A model generated the notes under the pieces. That model was given only the letters and a program-made list of their open reading frames with translations. It had not been told where the DNA came from and ran no database searches. Below, in pieces: positions 1-13,361 of a stretch of 64,000 nucleotides of DNA. Position 1 is the first letter of the stretch; each line of letters begins with the position of its first letter. Both the position numbers and the translations under genes were made by a program. This stretch comes from Vicugna vicugna (lineage: Eukaryota): assembly GCA_013265495.1 (NCBI GenBank), contig MU058844.1:936941-1000940 (forward strand), read 5' to 3'.

Positions 1-318
1 GTGTCCAAATAGAGCCCACTTAAATATGAAAACCCTTTCTTTCTTACCTAACGACTCCTGGAGCTTGATGAAATGCGATTATGGTTTAGGTGATGGAAAA
101 TGGGTTCCTCCTCAAAGCAGCAGCTTAGCATATGAGGTAGCTTTTATGTATGTAAAATATAAGTGATACAAATATGAAAATGCAATTATTGTTTCCTTTT
201 TTAAATGTTTTACTTTCGTACTTAAAGAGAAGTCACATCAAAACAAGGGTTATAAACAAATTAAGACATGGCAAAAATACAAAACCACCTGAATGCTTCA
301 CAGCAGTCCAAGAAAAAC

Positions 319-319
<1 letters not shown>

Positions 320-353
<34 letters not shown>

Positions 354-367
354 AAAAAAAAAAAAAA
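320..367. repeat. Poly(A) tract
   Basis: About 48 nt of A with one C interruption. Confidence 0.9.
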
Positions 368-1317
368 GACACAAATGAAATCCAACATCCACCAAATTAT
401 GTGAAATGTAAAACAAAACAAAAAGAAATGTTGGCATGATTTCTGTGTCTGAAAAGAAATGGCCTATTCTGTCATTTCCTTATTGGTCTCTTATTAAAGA
501 AATGACAGGAGACACTGGAAGAGCAGATTTTCTTTTTTGTATGTAGCCGGAACTCTTGAAAGCTTCTTCCTTGAATTATTAATACAATACAGGGCATAAA
601 ATTCTGCAGCCCATACATTCTTTCTACAGTCCATTTATGTTTAGAAACAGACAAACACACCAAACCAGAGCTGGGGCCAGGTCACTCCAAGCACTTCAGA
701 GACGAGGAGGAGAGCGCTGACGCTTCCCGGAGGATCAGTAAGCTGATGCCTGTCCGTGGCCGTCACTTTCTATTCCGTGACATTTCGGGGATTTAAGTCA
801 GACTCACTGAGGCTAGATGGGCCTCATTTCAGAATCATAAGCAAATGTGGAGACTTTTATTTTCTTACCTGCAAGAACTAACTCAGTATCACAAATCGTA
901 AGCTAAACCCCATAATTCCTAAGTTCTACCACAACAAAGGCTGTCAAGGTTATGAAATTCTGTCCAGCTTCTCTGAGGTGAGAGGACTTAAACCTATTAA
1001 AATGACTTTCTGGCTGTGTTTTGTTTTGCTCCCTGATTTTTCTCCTTATAAATTCCTTGTAGCAAATGAGGCTTTAAATCAGGCTACTGTTCTTGGCTGG
1101 ATTTCGAAATCCATTTGTCCCCAAACTGTAATTATAATTCTCAGTTATTTAAGATATCCCTCATCTGCTTGGTTTGTAATATGGCTGCTAAAGATTTTAT
1201 AAGCCAAAGGACCTCATCCAGCTAGGCTTGTAAAACAAAGTAAGGAGATGATACATGGTCAGGAATAGCTCTTTTCTCCCCGTGATGTTCTACTATAATA
1301 ATTAACAACTGATATAA

Positions 1318-1530
1318 TAGTTGACATCATTTATTAAGCACTTACTATGTACTGGGCACAGTGCTATGTATTTTTTTCCCGTTTTGTGTCATTTAAACCA
1401 AACAGCAACCGTATAACATATGCCAACCAATTCCCACTTACAGTTGAAGACACAGATTTAGATGAATTTTTCCAAGGCCACATAGCTTGTGAATGATACA
1501 GCCAGGATTTGGAACTAGGTCTCTGTCACT
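1318..1530 (-). mobile_element. MIR SINE
   Basis: ATTTATTAAGCACTTACTATGT...CCAAGGCCACATAGCT...CAGGATTTGGAACTAGGTCT. Confidence 0.7.
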
Positions 1531-3359
1531 CCCATGCGCACTCTCTTCTTTTTTCAGACTTGACTCTGTCACTCTACAGCTATTCTGCCTCATGCACTGT
1601 ATCTGAATGGTTAACCAGAAAAATGAGGAAAATATTAAAAAACAGAAATGAATGGCAGTGACAAATAAAAAAAATAAAAATGGCAGAAGTATGATTTTAA
1701 AAAAGACTTGATTTTATTAAAAAGAGAAAAGGAAAATAGAATAGAGAAAAACTTGCATCTCCTAAGGGAATTCAGTGCTGTCAGAGTTCCCACAAAGCCC
1801 AGTTCTGAAAGCCGGCAGGGCTGGGTCTGACCTTTGCCCACGCTGCTTTCACTCTTCTGCATGGGAATCTGACACCTTCCTCCTCATGGCCATTGATCAT
1901 GCCAGAATCTTTTAACTACGGCCATGGTAGTAATAGGATAAATTCCTGGTCCAGGATGTCCTCCGCCATGACATCTTTCCCCACAGGGAAGTAAACTCCG
2001 TAACAAAGTGATGTCTGGGTCTCACATACCGAGTCTCTGGGTCCACTGGGCAGGGAGGAGGCGCACACTGAGGGTAGGGGTGGCACTCACAGGCGAAGGT
2101 CGTGCTCCTGAGATGCCCCTTCCTGGGTGTGCTCAGGAAAGCGCTCTGGTTCACACGCTTTGGCCAGTGACAGGTGGTGACGGGTCACAGCTGTATCTGA
2201 TCTAAGAGGCCTTGAGGCCTGCCCAGTCACTTTCCAGCAAATCTCAGAAGTAGAAATAAAGGAGGCAGGAGGCTCTAGTTCTGGATGCAGCTTTCCCCTC
2301 ACTGGAGCCCTGCTGCCCTTGGGGAGAGAGTTTGCATCCATTCATGAGTTAAATATTTAAATACATACATTAGTTTACATACATTCATTTGTTCACTGTG
2401 TGATGTTGCTCTGCTATGTACAGGTCTGTCTTCTGCTAATGACTGATGCTCTGGGCTTGGCTGCTGGGGTGGGAAGTGAGGGGACCGGGTAGTGCTCCCT
2501 CTTTTCCTGCTCCTCCCTTGGGACAGGAATGCACTCTCCTCCTGCCTGGCTTCAACTGGTCTCCTAGGAGCCCGCCCCCAAGGCAGAACGAAGGCTGCTT
2601 CCTCCTGAACACTGCTGCCAGCCACCCAGCACTGCTTCAAGTCCCTCCAAGTCCCAGGGCTTTCCTGACAGGATTTTCTGATCTTTCATTGTTCTGAGAG
2701 CTTTTCAAGAACAAGGGCTATTTCTTATTCATCTTTATAACTATAACTCCAAGGTGCTCACAGAGTGTCTGGTTTTCAGGAGACACTCAGGAAATGCTTT
2801 AAAGGTGAATAAACATAATATATATGTCTAACGTATACATATGATGGATATGTATGCGTATATAAGTATATATATTTATGTATTTCTGGCATTTTCCTAA
2901 TTGCAGTAAAGTACGTTAGGCTTGCATAGCATGCCATGGTTCAGCAGTGCTTTAACAACAGCAATAGTACTACAAATGGTTACCAGAATAACAATCCTAA
3001 CAACAGCTATCATTCATTGAGTGCTTTACGTGATTATGCCATTTAATTTCCATGAAAATCCACTAAGGCAGATTAGTGTTTTACCAAGATGAATCAACCC
3101 GTGGCTTAGAAAATTTAAGTACCTTGCACACAGGGTCACATGGCTAGTAAATGACAGAGCTGGGACATCCAACACTGGAAAGCAAGTCCAATACTCTTTC
3201 TGTAACTAACCTGTAGAGTGAGTGATAAACAGCCACACAGGATCCCAGTATTGTCTTTTATGAAGATTTAAATTGTATTCACTTCCTATTACCAAAAAGG
3301 CCAATGTAAAACTCTGGGATGGCAAGTAGATGAACTGAAGGATGAAAACAGACACACAC

Positions 3360-3513
3360 CTGAGATATGGAGTGGACCGAGGCTTCTGAGGGCCCATCTA
3401 TCTAGCGCAATGGGCTGACTGAGTACCGTGCACAAACCACCCTCTTTTATTACTGTCTGCAGCTCAGGAGTAAGTGAAGGACATATCAAACCAGGGTCTG
3501 AGTCTCCAAGTTT
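3360..3513 (-). CDS. PLEKHG7: PLEKHG7 PH exon (KLGDSDPGLICPSLTPELQTVIKEGGLCTVLSQPIALDRWALRSLGPLHIS), 154 nt, open frame
   Basis: ORF 3289..3489; ctctttaatttcag| ... TCAG|gtgtgt. Confidence 0.92.
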
Positions 3514-5471
3514 CTGAAATTAAAGAGGAAAATAATGCAATAAGTAGGAAATAAATAAAGATGCACATACTTGAAGTATATCCTTAAGTAAATCGATTTT
3601 TGGAAACAATTGGTTGAAATCCAGATTACTGTTCTTTCTGGATCTTGAAAAGCATTTCCCAAAGTACACAGGTGATTTAAATCAGTGTTTCTGATCCCCA
3701 AGTTTAATCACCTGAATAAATAAAAGGTAATGTCCATAATGGGAAACATTTTAATCACCATCACATCAATGGAAAGATCTTCATGTCCAGTATCCCTCCA
3801 TAGTACTGAGTTAAATGAATGAGAATGAGGAGCCTCATTCTGGCCAACTCTGTGGGATCTTACACTAAACCCTAAATAGATAGATTTCATACTCTATGAT
3901 TTGTAAATAGCTGAAACTGTTTTGAATATATAAGATGCTGAATTTTTTTAAAAGGATGTCAAAGATTTTGATGTGCATGACATACATTATGTATTAAATA
4001 GCAAAGAGACACTTAAAACAGGTAACATTCCTTTTTTTTCCCACAAAATAAATAAAACTGGACGTCTTTTCTGGGTGGTTATTTTTGCTCCTGTGAAGTC
4101 AATAAAACTCTCCAGATTTATCAGACAGAGGAAGTTAAGGGGAATTTGAAACAGATAACATTCCTTATTTTGGAACTCAGTTGTGAAGTATGAAACCAAA
4201 ATACTATCTTACAATATGGCCAGTAATGGGTTGCCATTAATTCATGAGTTCTGATTTGTGCCATTAGGTGAAGTGAAGGATAGCTGTGCTTCATGTCAGG
4301 TTTTTAAAGAGGATTTTTCCTAGCTTGACCTGTTCAGACACCCTAGCCTGAGTAGCTGAAAACAGAAGGCCATCCAAGTTTCAAAACTGCGTCTCTTAAT
4401 ATCCATCCCCTCCCCAATCACCAATCATCTATTTATGGATTGATTAATGGGTGTCTATTTTATTGCCTAAAGATCCTTAATTATTCAACTTAACTAACAT
4501 GCCATCTAGAAGCTTAGGTTATTAAACGATATGAGAGATCTAGTCTCATGATCTTACATCTGTATGAGGCTAGTCATTTAGTAAAGAAGTGAGTGGGACA
4601 GAACATTAGCTATCTCTGATGGCCAAGACATATTACAGCTCCTCTTCCCACCTCTAAGGGCAGGTGTCCCAGAGCCACAGAGAAGGCCCCTTGCTGATAC
4701 CCCTCGCATACACCAGTCAGGGAACAGACTGCGACAGGGGAGTCAGACAGCAAGCCCCTGATGGACCGTGAGACCACGGCTTCACCGGTAGCAACAATAA
4801 TAATGGTATCCATTAATACTTGGGTAAAGGGGAAAATCCCTATTCTTCGAAGAGATTTTGTGGCTTTAGTCCCTGGTGACTCATTTTTTTCTGTGATGCC
4901 AGCTGTACACATTTGGATTCGGCAACTGTTAATTACAGGTAGGTCCTGAGACACCAGGGCTCCTTCCCACCCACAGCTCCCAAATCCACATTTCTCAAGA
5001 AGGATGTGAGCTTGCAAATCAGAATGGGTGTAGATGCCACCGTGGCACATGGCACAGACAGAGAGGCCACCCCCTACCCCTTGCTCTGGCAACTTCCACT
5101 GTGGTGCACACTGTGGACGAAGAAAAGGCTGTTATGGACAAAAGTATCTCCAGTTTCACTTGCTGAGGCAGGCCAGGCAGAAAGTCCTCTGGCTTCTGGG
5201 ACTCACCTCGGATGCATACAGACTAAGTTAAGTCATTCTAAAAATATACACACCCTCTGACTTCTGTAAGAAGTGGAACTTGCTTTTGTTACTGCTGTTT
5301 TTCAGGTCAGAGCTCTATGACTGAAAAAGCCAGTATTTTTAAATGTCGTCATCTTTTTAGAGGGTAAAATCTGATTTGATGTATAAGAATATTTTCTATT
5401 TTTAACCCAATTTATTCAGAAATATTTCTAAACTCATTTACCAGACTTATTTAGAAATAATAGCATTTTAA

Positions 5472-5551
5472 CTTTTTCTTGCACTTAGTTTTCAAAACTA
5501 AGAGTAAATCATCAAAGAGAAACAGATAAACATCTAGGAATCTTGTGCTTT
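5472..5551 (-). pseudogene. PLEKHG7: PLEKHG7 PH exon (ESTRFLDVYLFLFDDLLLVLKTKCKKK) with both splice dinucleotides lost
   Basis: Acceptor reads ttcctcAT (5552-5553); phase-correct donor reads AAG|TTaaaa; LFLF.D.LL is the typical RhoGEF-PH strand. Confidence 0.88.
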
Positions 5552-5804
5552 ATGAGGAAAGAAAGAAAGGTGAAATTGGCACTGGAAATAGTAAACAGAA
5601 GGGGTTTTTCGTTTGTTTTTGTTTTTGAATCAAAGAATCCCTTAGAAAACAACCCAGGCCAGGGATCAGGGCACATCAGGCTTCCAGCTCAAGGGGACTC
5701 CAATCACGTGGGTCAGAAAACTGAATCACTGTTGAATTGATTTCTCCCTAAAGCAGGGACCTCATGGGAGCCCATGTTCCCAACTTTAAAAACTCTATTT
5801 GTCC

Positions 5805-6106
5805 CATATGATATTACTTACATGAGGAGTACAGACATAGATGACAAACTTATGGTTATCAAAGGGGAAAGAGCATGGGGGAGGGATAAATCGGGAATGT
5901 GGGATTAACACATACACACTACTGTATATAAAACAGATAAGCAACCAGGTTCTACTGTGTAGCACAGGGAACTATATTCAATCTCCTGTAATAAGCCATA
6001 ATGGAAAAGAAAATGAAGAAGTATATATATAAAAATGAATCACTTTGCTGTACAGCAGAAACTAACACTGAATTAACTGTATGTCTATAAAAAACTTAAA
6101 AAATAA
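5805..6106 (+). mobile_element. LINE-1 3' UTR fragment
   Basis: Similar to the 3' UTRs at 24440-24690 and 53630-53890. Confidence 0.8.
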
Positions 6107-6270
6107 AGACATTGTATTTGTGATACATTTCATATGGATCTAAGATAACTTGGATGATACTTGTGATTTCAACTAAGCCTAGGACACATCTATTGGCTAA
6201 CAGAACAGGCAGCATTTTTGCCTCTTGACTCATCTGGGTGGTCATTACCAGAAAAAAGGCACTTTGTCAT

Positions 6271-6637
6271 TGCCATGGACTGAACTGCATCTCCCCAAAT
6301 TCTATGTGGAAGCCCTAACCTTCACCCCCTAATCTGTGTCAGCCTTTGGAATAAGAAAGTAATTAAGATTAAATGAAGGCATAATGGTGGACCCCTGATC
6401 TGACAGGAGTACTGTCATCCCAAGAGGATACACCAGAGAGCTCTCTGTCTCTCTGCCAAGTGCAGACACTGAGGAGGCGGCCATCTGCAAGCCAGAAGAG
6501 AATTCTCACTAGAAACAGAATAAGCTGGTTTACCTTGACCTGGGACTTCCAGCCTCCAGAACTGTGAGAAACAAATGTCTGCTGTTTAAGTCACCCAGTC
6601 TGTGGTATTTTGTTATGGCAGCCCTGGCTAATTAAGA
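6271..6637 (+). mobile_element. MaLR solo LTR (MLT1A-like)
   Basis: TGCCATGGACTGAA start; GGACTTCCAGCCTCCAGAACTGTGAGAAA...GGTATTTTGTTATGGCAGCC. Confidence 0.8.
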
Positions 6638-7205
6638 GAGTCATTAAAACAATTTGTGTCTCAAGTTTTACAATGTGTCCATACATGTTGAAATAGTCTT
6701 CATGTAGCTTAATATTTACAAACTTTTTCTGATATCATTTTTGATAATAACTTAAGGCAAACAGGCTTTTTGACTTTTCCTAAAGAAGGAACATTAGTAG
6801 GAGAGAAATCAAATATTAGAATAAGATATCCCCCTTTCCATCCCCTCGAAATCAGAAAAAGAAATGGTTAAATTTAAATGATTTCCAGGGAAAAGGCAGT
6901 CCTTACAGAGGGGGGTGTAACAGATGCTTAAAAGTAAATATAAGAAAAATCAGTGATTTTTAAATTATTCTAGAGGTTTTTTCTTATATACTTTCACTCC
7001 TGGAAATGAACTGTCTAAGGTTAAATTAATAGATAAAGTATCAAGGACTCATTTCTATTCCTTCTCCTTTAAGTTTTAGAGGAGTGATACTATCAATATT
7101 TGCACAGAAGAGAAATCAGGTATTTTGTTCAATCTTGAATTGTCCTTGAATTAAAAAAAAATGTATTCCATTACTGCTGGAAACTTTCCTTTTAGCAAAT
7201 CAGGC

Positions 7206-7570
7206 TGTGGCAAAGACTGCTGGTTGTCCCTAAAAAACATCCTTCCCCTTCTTTTGCAGTAATGAAATTTCCAAGCTTTAATGGGTAATATTCACTGTGA
7301 ATAAATACATCTCCCAGCTTTCCCTGTAGCTAAATATGAACAAGTGACTAAATTCTGACGAATGGAACCTGAGCTAGAATGCAGACACACCAGTAACTCA
7401 CTGTGGGGCCACAGAAGAAAGCAGCACTCTACCTAGGAGGGCAGAGCGAAAGGACACAAGAGACCTGGATCCCTCATCGCTTCATGGAGCAGAGATGTCG
7501 TATCGCTCAGAATTTTACGTGAGAAAGAAATTAATCTGTCTGTCTCTGATAGCTGCCTCACTACCCTGTC
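7206..7570 (+). mobile_element. Old MaLR LTR (MLT1J-like)
   Basis: TGTGGCAAAGACTGCTGGTTGTCCC start and CATCTCCCAGCTTTCCCTGTAGCTA core. Confidence 0.5.
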
Positions 7571-8004
7571 TAGCACACAGGGTGATGAATGGGACTTTTG
7601 GACAATGCTGGACCTTCAAGACCTGTTCAGTGCTGCTTTCCCCACCCTCTCCCACTCCTGTATGAATTAGGCGGATGACTGCTGTCAAAATGAAATCGTT
7701 TTGCTTACCCCTTCTAATTTCAAGTATTTTATTTCCATAGGCACTGAGCACCTTCTATGTCCTAGATGTCATTCTAGGAAATGATTATTTTAGCTACCAT
7801 TTATTAAGGCCCTAGTAGTCCCCTAAGCAGTCAACAAATACTGAGCACCTACTATGCATCAATGATTAAGACACAATCTCTGCCTTCAAAGAGCTTCAAT
7901 TCTAGTGAGAGCAGATACATGCCACCCTTCTATCGGCAGCAGTTGGACAAGCTACAATGTAGCCTTTGCTACATGTTGGGTTTGCAAAGAAAACAGTTAT
8001 TTAC

Positions 8005-8098
8005 CTGTAAGAGTTAATTTTCCTTCACAGAGCAGGTGTCTGTTGGTTGGTGACAGGATGTTTTCTGCCATGTGTTCTTTAACAACGTGTTTCAGGCA
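8005..8098 (-). CDS. PLEKHG7: PLEKHG7 exon (CLKHVVKEHMAENILSPTNRHLLCEGKLTLT), start of PH region, 94 nt, intact
   Basis: tttgttttgcaag| ... ACAG|gtaaat. Confidence 0.9.
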
Positions 8099-8450
8099 CT
8101 TGCAAAACAAAAGAGAAAAATCAAAGAGATGTCAGTCTCTTTGATTAGAAGACAGCATGTTTCAGATGCTGGGGCTGTCCAGAAAGTTCGAGACACTTGG
8201 AAATGCCAGTAGATGGACATGGGAATGGAAAAGAATGGGAAAACCTCTCAGAAGGACCACCCCAGGAATGGCGTGATGACATCAGCCTCCACCCACACAG
8301 TGCCATGTGGGTGAAGGCTTTCCTTCTCACTCATAAAACTAGATATTTTTATCCAAGTGGGAAGTTGGGGATTTTGTAAAACTGGTGTATTTCCACCCGA
8401 ATGCCTAAAATTCTGGAAAGAGACTATGTCCTAATCGACCCTTTTTGCAC

Positions 8451-8566
8451 CTCTGGAATGAAAAACCTTTTATCTCTACCCCACGATGGAGGCCACACTA
8501 TAATCTCCTACAGATGTCTGCATTTTTGAAAATTGTCGAGCCACTTCACTTTTCCTTCAAGATCCC
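8451..8566 (-). pseudogene. PLEKHG7: PLEKHG7 exon (RDLEGKVKWLDNFQKCRHL*EIIVWPPSWGRDKRFFIPE) with nonsense codon and lost acceptor
   Basis: In-frame TAG at 8508-8510 (human Gln as recalled); acceptor reads ttttGG instead of ttttAG (8567-8568). Confidence 0.92.
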
Positions 8567-10113
8567 CCAAAAGACAAGACACATCCAAAGTATTTCTAAA
8601 TGCATGAGACATTACAGCATAAAATTTAAACAAGATCCACAGGAATCAGTTAGAGACAATGACTGACCCTGGAGCCAAACCATATCTTAGGTTCATTTAA
8701 TATATTTCTCACTGTCTAGATGTCTTAGAAGAACTCACTAATTTGAAATCAACCTCTTACAGGGAAAAATAATTAATTAATTTAATTTAATTCAGTATGT
8801 TGGAAATGCATTGTGTATTTTTGTTTCAATAATACTAATAATGCCCTTGGTAGCTTTCTCATATTCCCTACACCACCTAGCTTGTGATTACAGGAAGGGG
8901 AAAAAAAAATCAGCTTAGCAAGGAGAAACGTATCTTTTTGTCTTAATCATAAAACATACATTTGCTTTATGATAAGGATGATTATTTCTTTTGGTAAGAA
9001 CTTCTTTTCTCTTTGAAGGTTTGTATTAATTTTCCGACGTTTTCTAATAACATGTTGTTACTGAAATGATTTTTGGTAACATGGAGGGCAAGTCATAGAC
9101 CCAAAGAATCATATGGTTAGGAAAATTTTTGAGAATTCACCATCTTTTAAGCTTGCAGACTTAAAGGAGGGCCACAGTGATCTCTTTCCCTAACAATGAG
9201 AATTCATATTTTACTGAGAAATCCCTAGAAGAGATGCAATTATATTCCTCACAAACCTATCAAAATGAGTAATAATGTTCAAAATTACTTCGAAAGTTTA
9301 AAAAAGTCTGTCTTTAATTGAATTTTTGTCTTATTCACTTGATAAGCTGAATTCTAGTTCCTTGGGTCATTTTAGAAATTGAACAAAAAATTTAAAAAAG
9401 GAAATAAACTCCCAATTGAACAGTCATTTTACTATTAAACTTGCAAAGAAAAAAGTATCATTTCTGTACAGTTTATAATCATGAATTTAAACTGTTCCCT
9501 TTTGATACTCCCCAAGAAATCTTGGTTTATGGACATACATCATGTACTTTTTAATTTAAATTTGATTATACAGACCTACTCAAATAAACCTAATCATCAC
9601 AGGGCTTGCTCTTTTCCCATTCCAAAATTTCGGTTTTAATTTAAAGACTGCAGTTGGCATTATATTTAGATTGGCCCTGGATTTCAGTGACCTAAAAAAA
9701 CGACGGATGATAATTTATCCTCTGGAAAGACTCCCATGGTGTTTACTTCGATTAGCTTTGTGTGTGGGTTCAGTGTGGAGGTTAAAAACAAAGTGCCTTC
9801 ATCATCTGGGAAGTAGAACTTTTCCTGCCTGAACTCACATCTGAAAGCCTTGGAGACAGAGCCACGTCCTGCATGAACTTGGAGTTGGAGTTCTCATAGG
9901 GTTCGCCAGGATGTGACTGGACCCCATTGTTTTGAGCGTGCTGATTTACAATGCACTCAAACTTGAATTCTCGTTTCCGAGAGCCATGACCTCAAGCCAA
10001 TGGAATTACCTCCTAGGGTGGAAGCCCAGATGGTTCCCAGCAAGCACAAGGTCTCCCAACTCTTTGATTAAAGCTGACACTGGAGTTCCGGGACACTTAT
10101 CTCAGGGACTTAC

Positions 10114-10288
10114 GGATTGACTTTTCCACCTTTACCTTGATAGAGTAGATCACGATTTTCTCAGTAGAGTCTGTACTCCTTTTCCAGATATTCTTCAGCA
10201 ACAACGGGTATCTAGTCAGCCTGTGTAGTGGGGCCACTAGCAGCTCAGGCAGGTGAAGCTGTCTGCACTGTTCATTTTGCTCACACCA
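10114..10288 (-). CDS. PLEKHG7: PLEKHG7 DH exon (WCEQNEQCRQLHLPELLVAPLHRLTRYPLLLKNIWKRSTDSTEKIVIYSIKVKVEKSI), 175 nt, open frame
   Basis: gcctttcccag| ... ATCC|gtaagt; contains the DH CR3-type motif P-x-x-R-x-x-R-Y-P-L-L-L. Confidence 0.93.
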
Positions 10289-11600
10289 CTGGGAAAGGCA
10301 AAAACAGGCGTATCAGAATATTGCTTCTCTTGTCAAGGCCCTGAGAAGTCTGGACACAAGAATTCTCAGAGATTTTACTCAGTAATTACATGACACACCT
10401 GTGAGACTTCTGGGAAAATTTACAAGCCATGGACTAAACTTTGCTTTGGAAAATTTCATATTAAACAATCCTTAGCAAGTAACTACCAGTGCCAAATTCA
10501 GGGTCTGAAATGAGTTTTTCCCAATGTGCTTAAGAATTATTATTGAATATTACTAACATTGCTACTTTCCAATTAAAGAAATGAAAGAATCCTTCTTCAG
10601 ATACCCTGCCTTCCTAGCATGGTGATGAAGACAGAAGTCATCAACATCACCTATAACACCACCACTCAATCCTCCTAAATGGGAAAACTGATATCAAGAT
10701 TTGAATGCACGGGAAAAGTTTGAATTCTGTTAAATCCCCCAGAAACAACATGCTCCATCAGTGGCTGAGTTAGGATGTATTAATGGGCGTATTCCAGCCT
10801 TGCTTACTCTTCTCACTGAAGAGTTTAGTTTTGCCCACTGTCTTCTCCTTCTCCCTGGCCCTCGGAGAAGATTTCTGGTTTTGCCAACTCTGCTCCCACC
10901 CTGGCTGCGATACAGTTAGGAGAACTGAGAATCAACACTGGATGGGTAGAAAGAAGAAGGAAGGATTTTTTTCTGGTTGGGTCAGTTCTTTGACTCTCCT
11001 TTGTCGGAGGGAATTAGGACAATGAAGAGAAAACAAAAACAAGTTGAAGAGGCTAAGTTGATCTACAGGATACAGGATAGAGCGGAGAGGGAAAAAGACA
11101 AGACAATTTTCAAGAGGGAGAGTATGTTCAAAGAGGCAGTCGGCGGGCATACAAGCAATGGGGAAGACAGGAAAAAGAATTTCAGTAAGTACTGTGATGA
11201 GTTAGGCATTTGATTTCCATAAATGGTATTCGAGAAACCCAAGTAAACATGAGAATAGCTTCCACATTGGTTTCATTTGTTGTACTGTTTCTTCGAATGC
11301 AACACTGAACCTGAGGTGCCCCAGCTTTTGTGCAGATGACACATGATGCATGGAGCCAGGTCTGTGGCCACTGCACACATGGGTACATCAAGAAGTATTA
11401 CTGAAGGCTGTGTTCACTTCCTCTTCTCCCTTCACACCATACTGGTCCTGAGTCCAGCTCTAAATGGATCCTATCCTTACACTGAACATTCTTACTGTGG
11501 GCTCTTGCCTCTTCCCCCTTTCATGCTTGGTCCAAGCCCAGGTTAAGTCCTTTATCTCATGACCCAGACCCTCAAGATCAGCCTCGAGTGGGTCAAGGTA

Positions 11601-11929
11601 CAGTCAGTCCTACCATCTGTGGGTTCTGTGTTCTCAAATCCAACCAACTGCAAAGTGAAAATATTTAGGAAAAAAATTCCAGAAAGTTCCAAAAAGCCTG
11701 AATTTGCTGTACATCAGCAACTATTTACACTGCATTTACACCATTTATAAAGCATTTATATTACATTAGGTTTGTAAGTTACCTAGAGATGATTTGAAGT
11801 ATATGGGAGGATAAGCGTAGGTAATATGTAAATACCACACAATTCCATATATGGGACTTGAGCATCCAAGGATTTTGGTATCTGTGGGGATCCAGGAAAC
11901 AATCTCCTGTGGACACCAAGGGATGACTG
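11601..11929 (+). mobile_element. MER2/Tigger3-type non-autonomous DNA transposon
   Basis: TA target duplication, inverted ends CAGTCAGTCCT / AGGGATGACTG. Confidence 0.85.
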
Positions 11930-13361
11930 TACACTGTGGAAGGCTCCCTCTGCTTCCCCAAGATACCTGCATGCATCTTTATGCCCAGGTGTCAGCCCTT
12001 GCATTTTGAAAATGTAGGTACAATTAGCTACACCTCCAACAAGTCCAGAGCTCTCCCTTAGATATTTACAGAGACTGTGATTCTAATGGCTTCTTCTGGC
12101 CCCTGGACTTCCGCTTGCACACACACAGTTTCTTCCCTGAACTGTACGGGCCAAAGGCCAAACTTAGCCCTTTGGCTGGTTTCCTGTGTTGCTTTCCACT
12201 GTAAACCCACTCATGCCAAACGTTTTATGAATGTATGTGTTTACTTTACTGAATATTTCAGGTTGTTGGGAGGGCCCATGTATACAGCCCACAACCACCA
12301 TCCCCCAACCCCACTTTGGCTCCATTCTCCTTGGAATGACAGAGCTCTTTCTCTCTCCCCTCAACCCCAACTTTCCGCCTTCTCTCTCCTAGCCTTGTGC
12401 CTCACAATTTGCCCTTGTCTTTCACAGCTTGCCCTGGGGGTGGGGTGGGGGGGAGGTCTTAGGCTCCCTCACTAGCAACTTTATCGGAGGATTTCTTTTA
12501 AAAACATCCAGGCAATGTTCCTCCTTATGGGAATTTTGCTGGCATGATCTTTCCCACTTCCCCAGCTACAGATGACAGGGCAGGAAAGTGAGCCCAGCGG
12601 TGCAGAAAGGATAAAGCCCTAGGGACCAGGCTTCAAGGCTGAGGTACTACCTTCCCTTCTCCGAACCTAGGATTCCTCTTCTGTAAAATGGGAGAAGGTA
12701 GCAGATGACCTCCCAGCTCAAAGTGGCTGTGATTCTCACTGGGGCTGGAAGAGATGCAGAAGGAAGCAGGGACTGCAGACGTGGGAAGGCTGGGAGCGGG
12801 CACAAGTAGAAAGAAAGGTGTGGAGAGGCCCCAGTCTGTGACCGCAGTGGCTGATTTCCTTGCTAAGTCACTGGCAGCAGCACGCCAGCACTACCTGCTG
12901 GTCTTCATGGGAGGCTGGGGAGCTCCAGTAACTGATTCCTCAGCAGCAGTTAGGGATTCCCTCAAAACATGCAGCCCTGGGCCATTGCTCCACATTCCAT
13001 GCTATAGGGAAGAGCTTTAGCTGCCAGCACCCACTGGTATTCAGGATAAATGTAAAAACACCTAATCTCCCCTAGATATCAATCAGAAAAGAAACATCAG
13101 CAGTAAACAATTTAGACAAAGATTCAGGCAGAGATACTAGAAGCTATCAATGTTTGGAAGGTCTCAGAAGAGTGAAAAAAGATCCTTGATGATTCTAAAA
13201 GTAAAACTATTAAGTTTTTCTTTCATTTCTCTATTGGATTTATTTTTCAGGTCCACTAGGGAAAGAAAAGAAATTCTCTGTCATGAGAATTTGGACATAA
13301 AAGTTCTTTTCATGAATGACTACATCAATGGAAGCTCCTTTGGTTTTATAATCAATTTATA

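Noticed and set aside
174..421. Poly-Lys and poly-Phe ORFs
   Set aside because: Artefacts of the poly(A) tract.
1..3359. Searched for the last two PLEKHG7 coding exons (VFGLRNAFLIQH..., KTWMAQI...)
   Set aside because: Not found; most simply outside the window, so no exon-deletion claim is made.
4610..5260. 160-aa minus-strand ORF and overlapping short ORFs in a GC-richer intronic stretch
   Set aside because: No recognisable protein family, non-ATG start, and the flanking PLEKHG7 exons join in phase without it.
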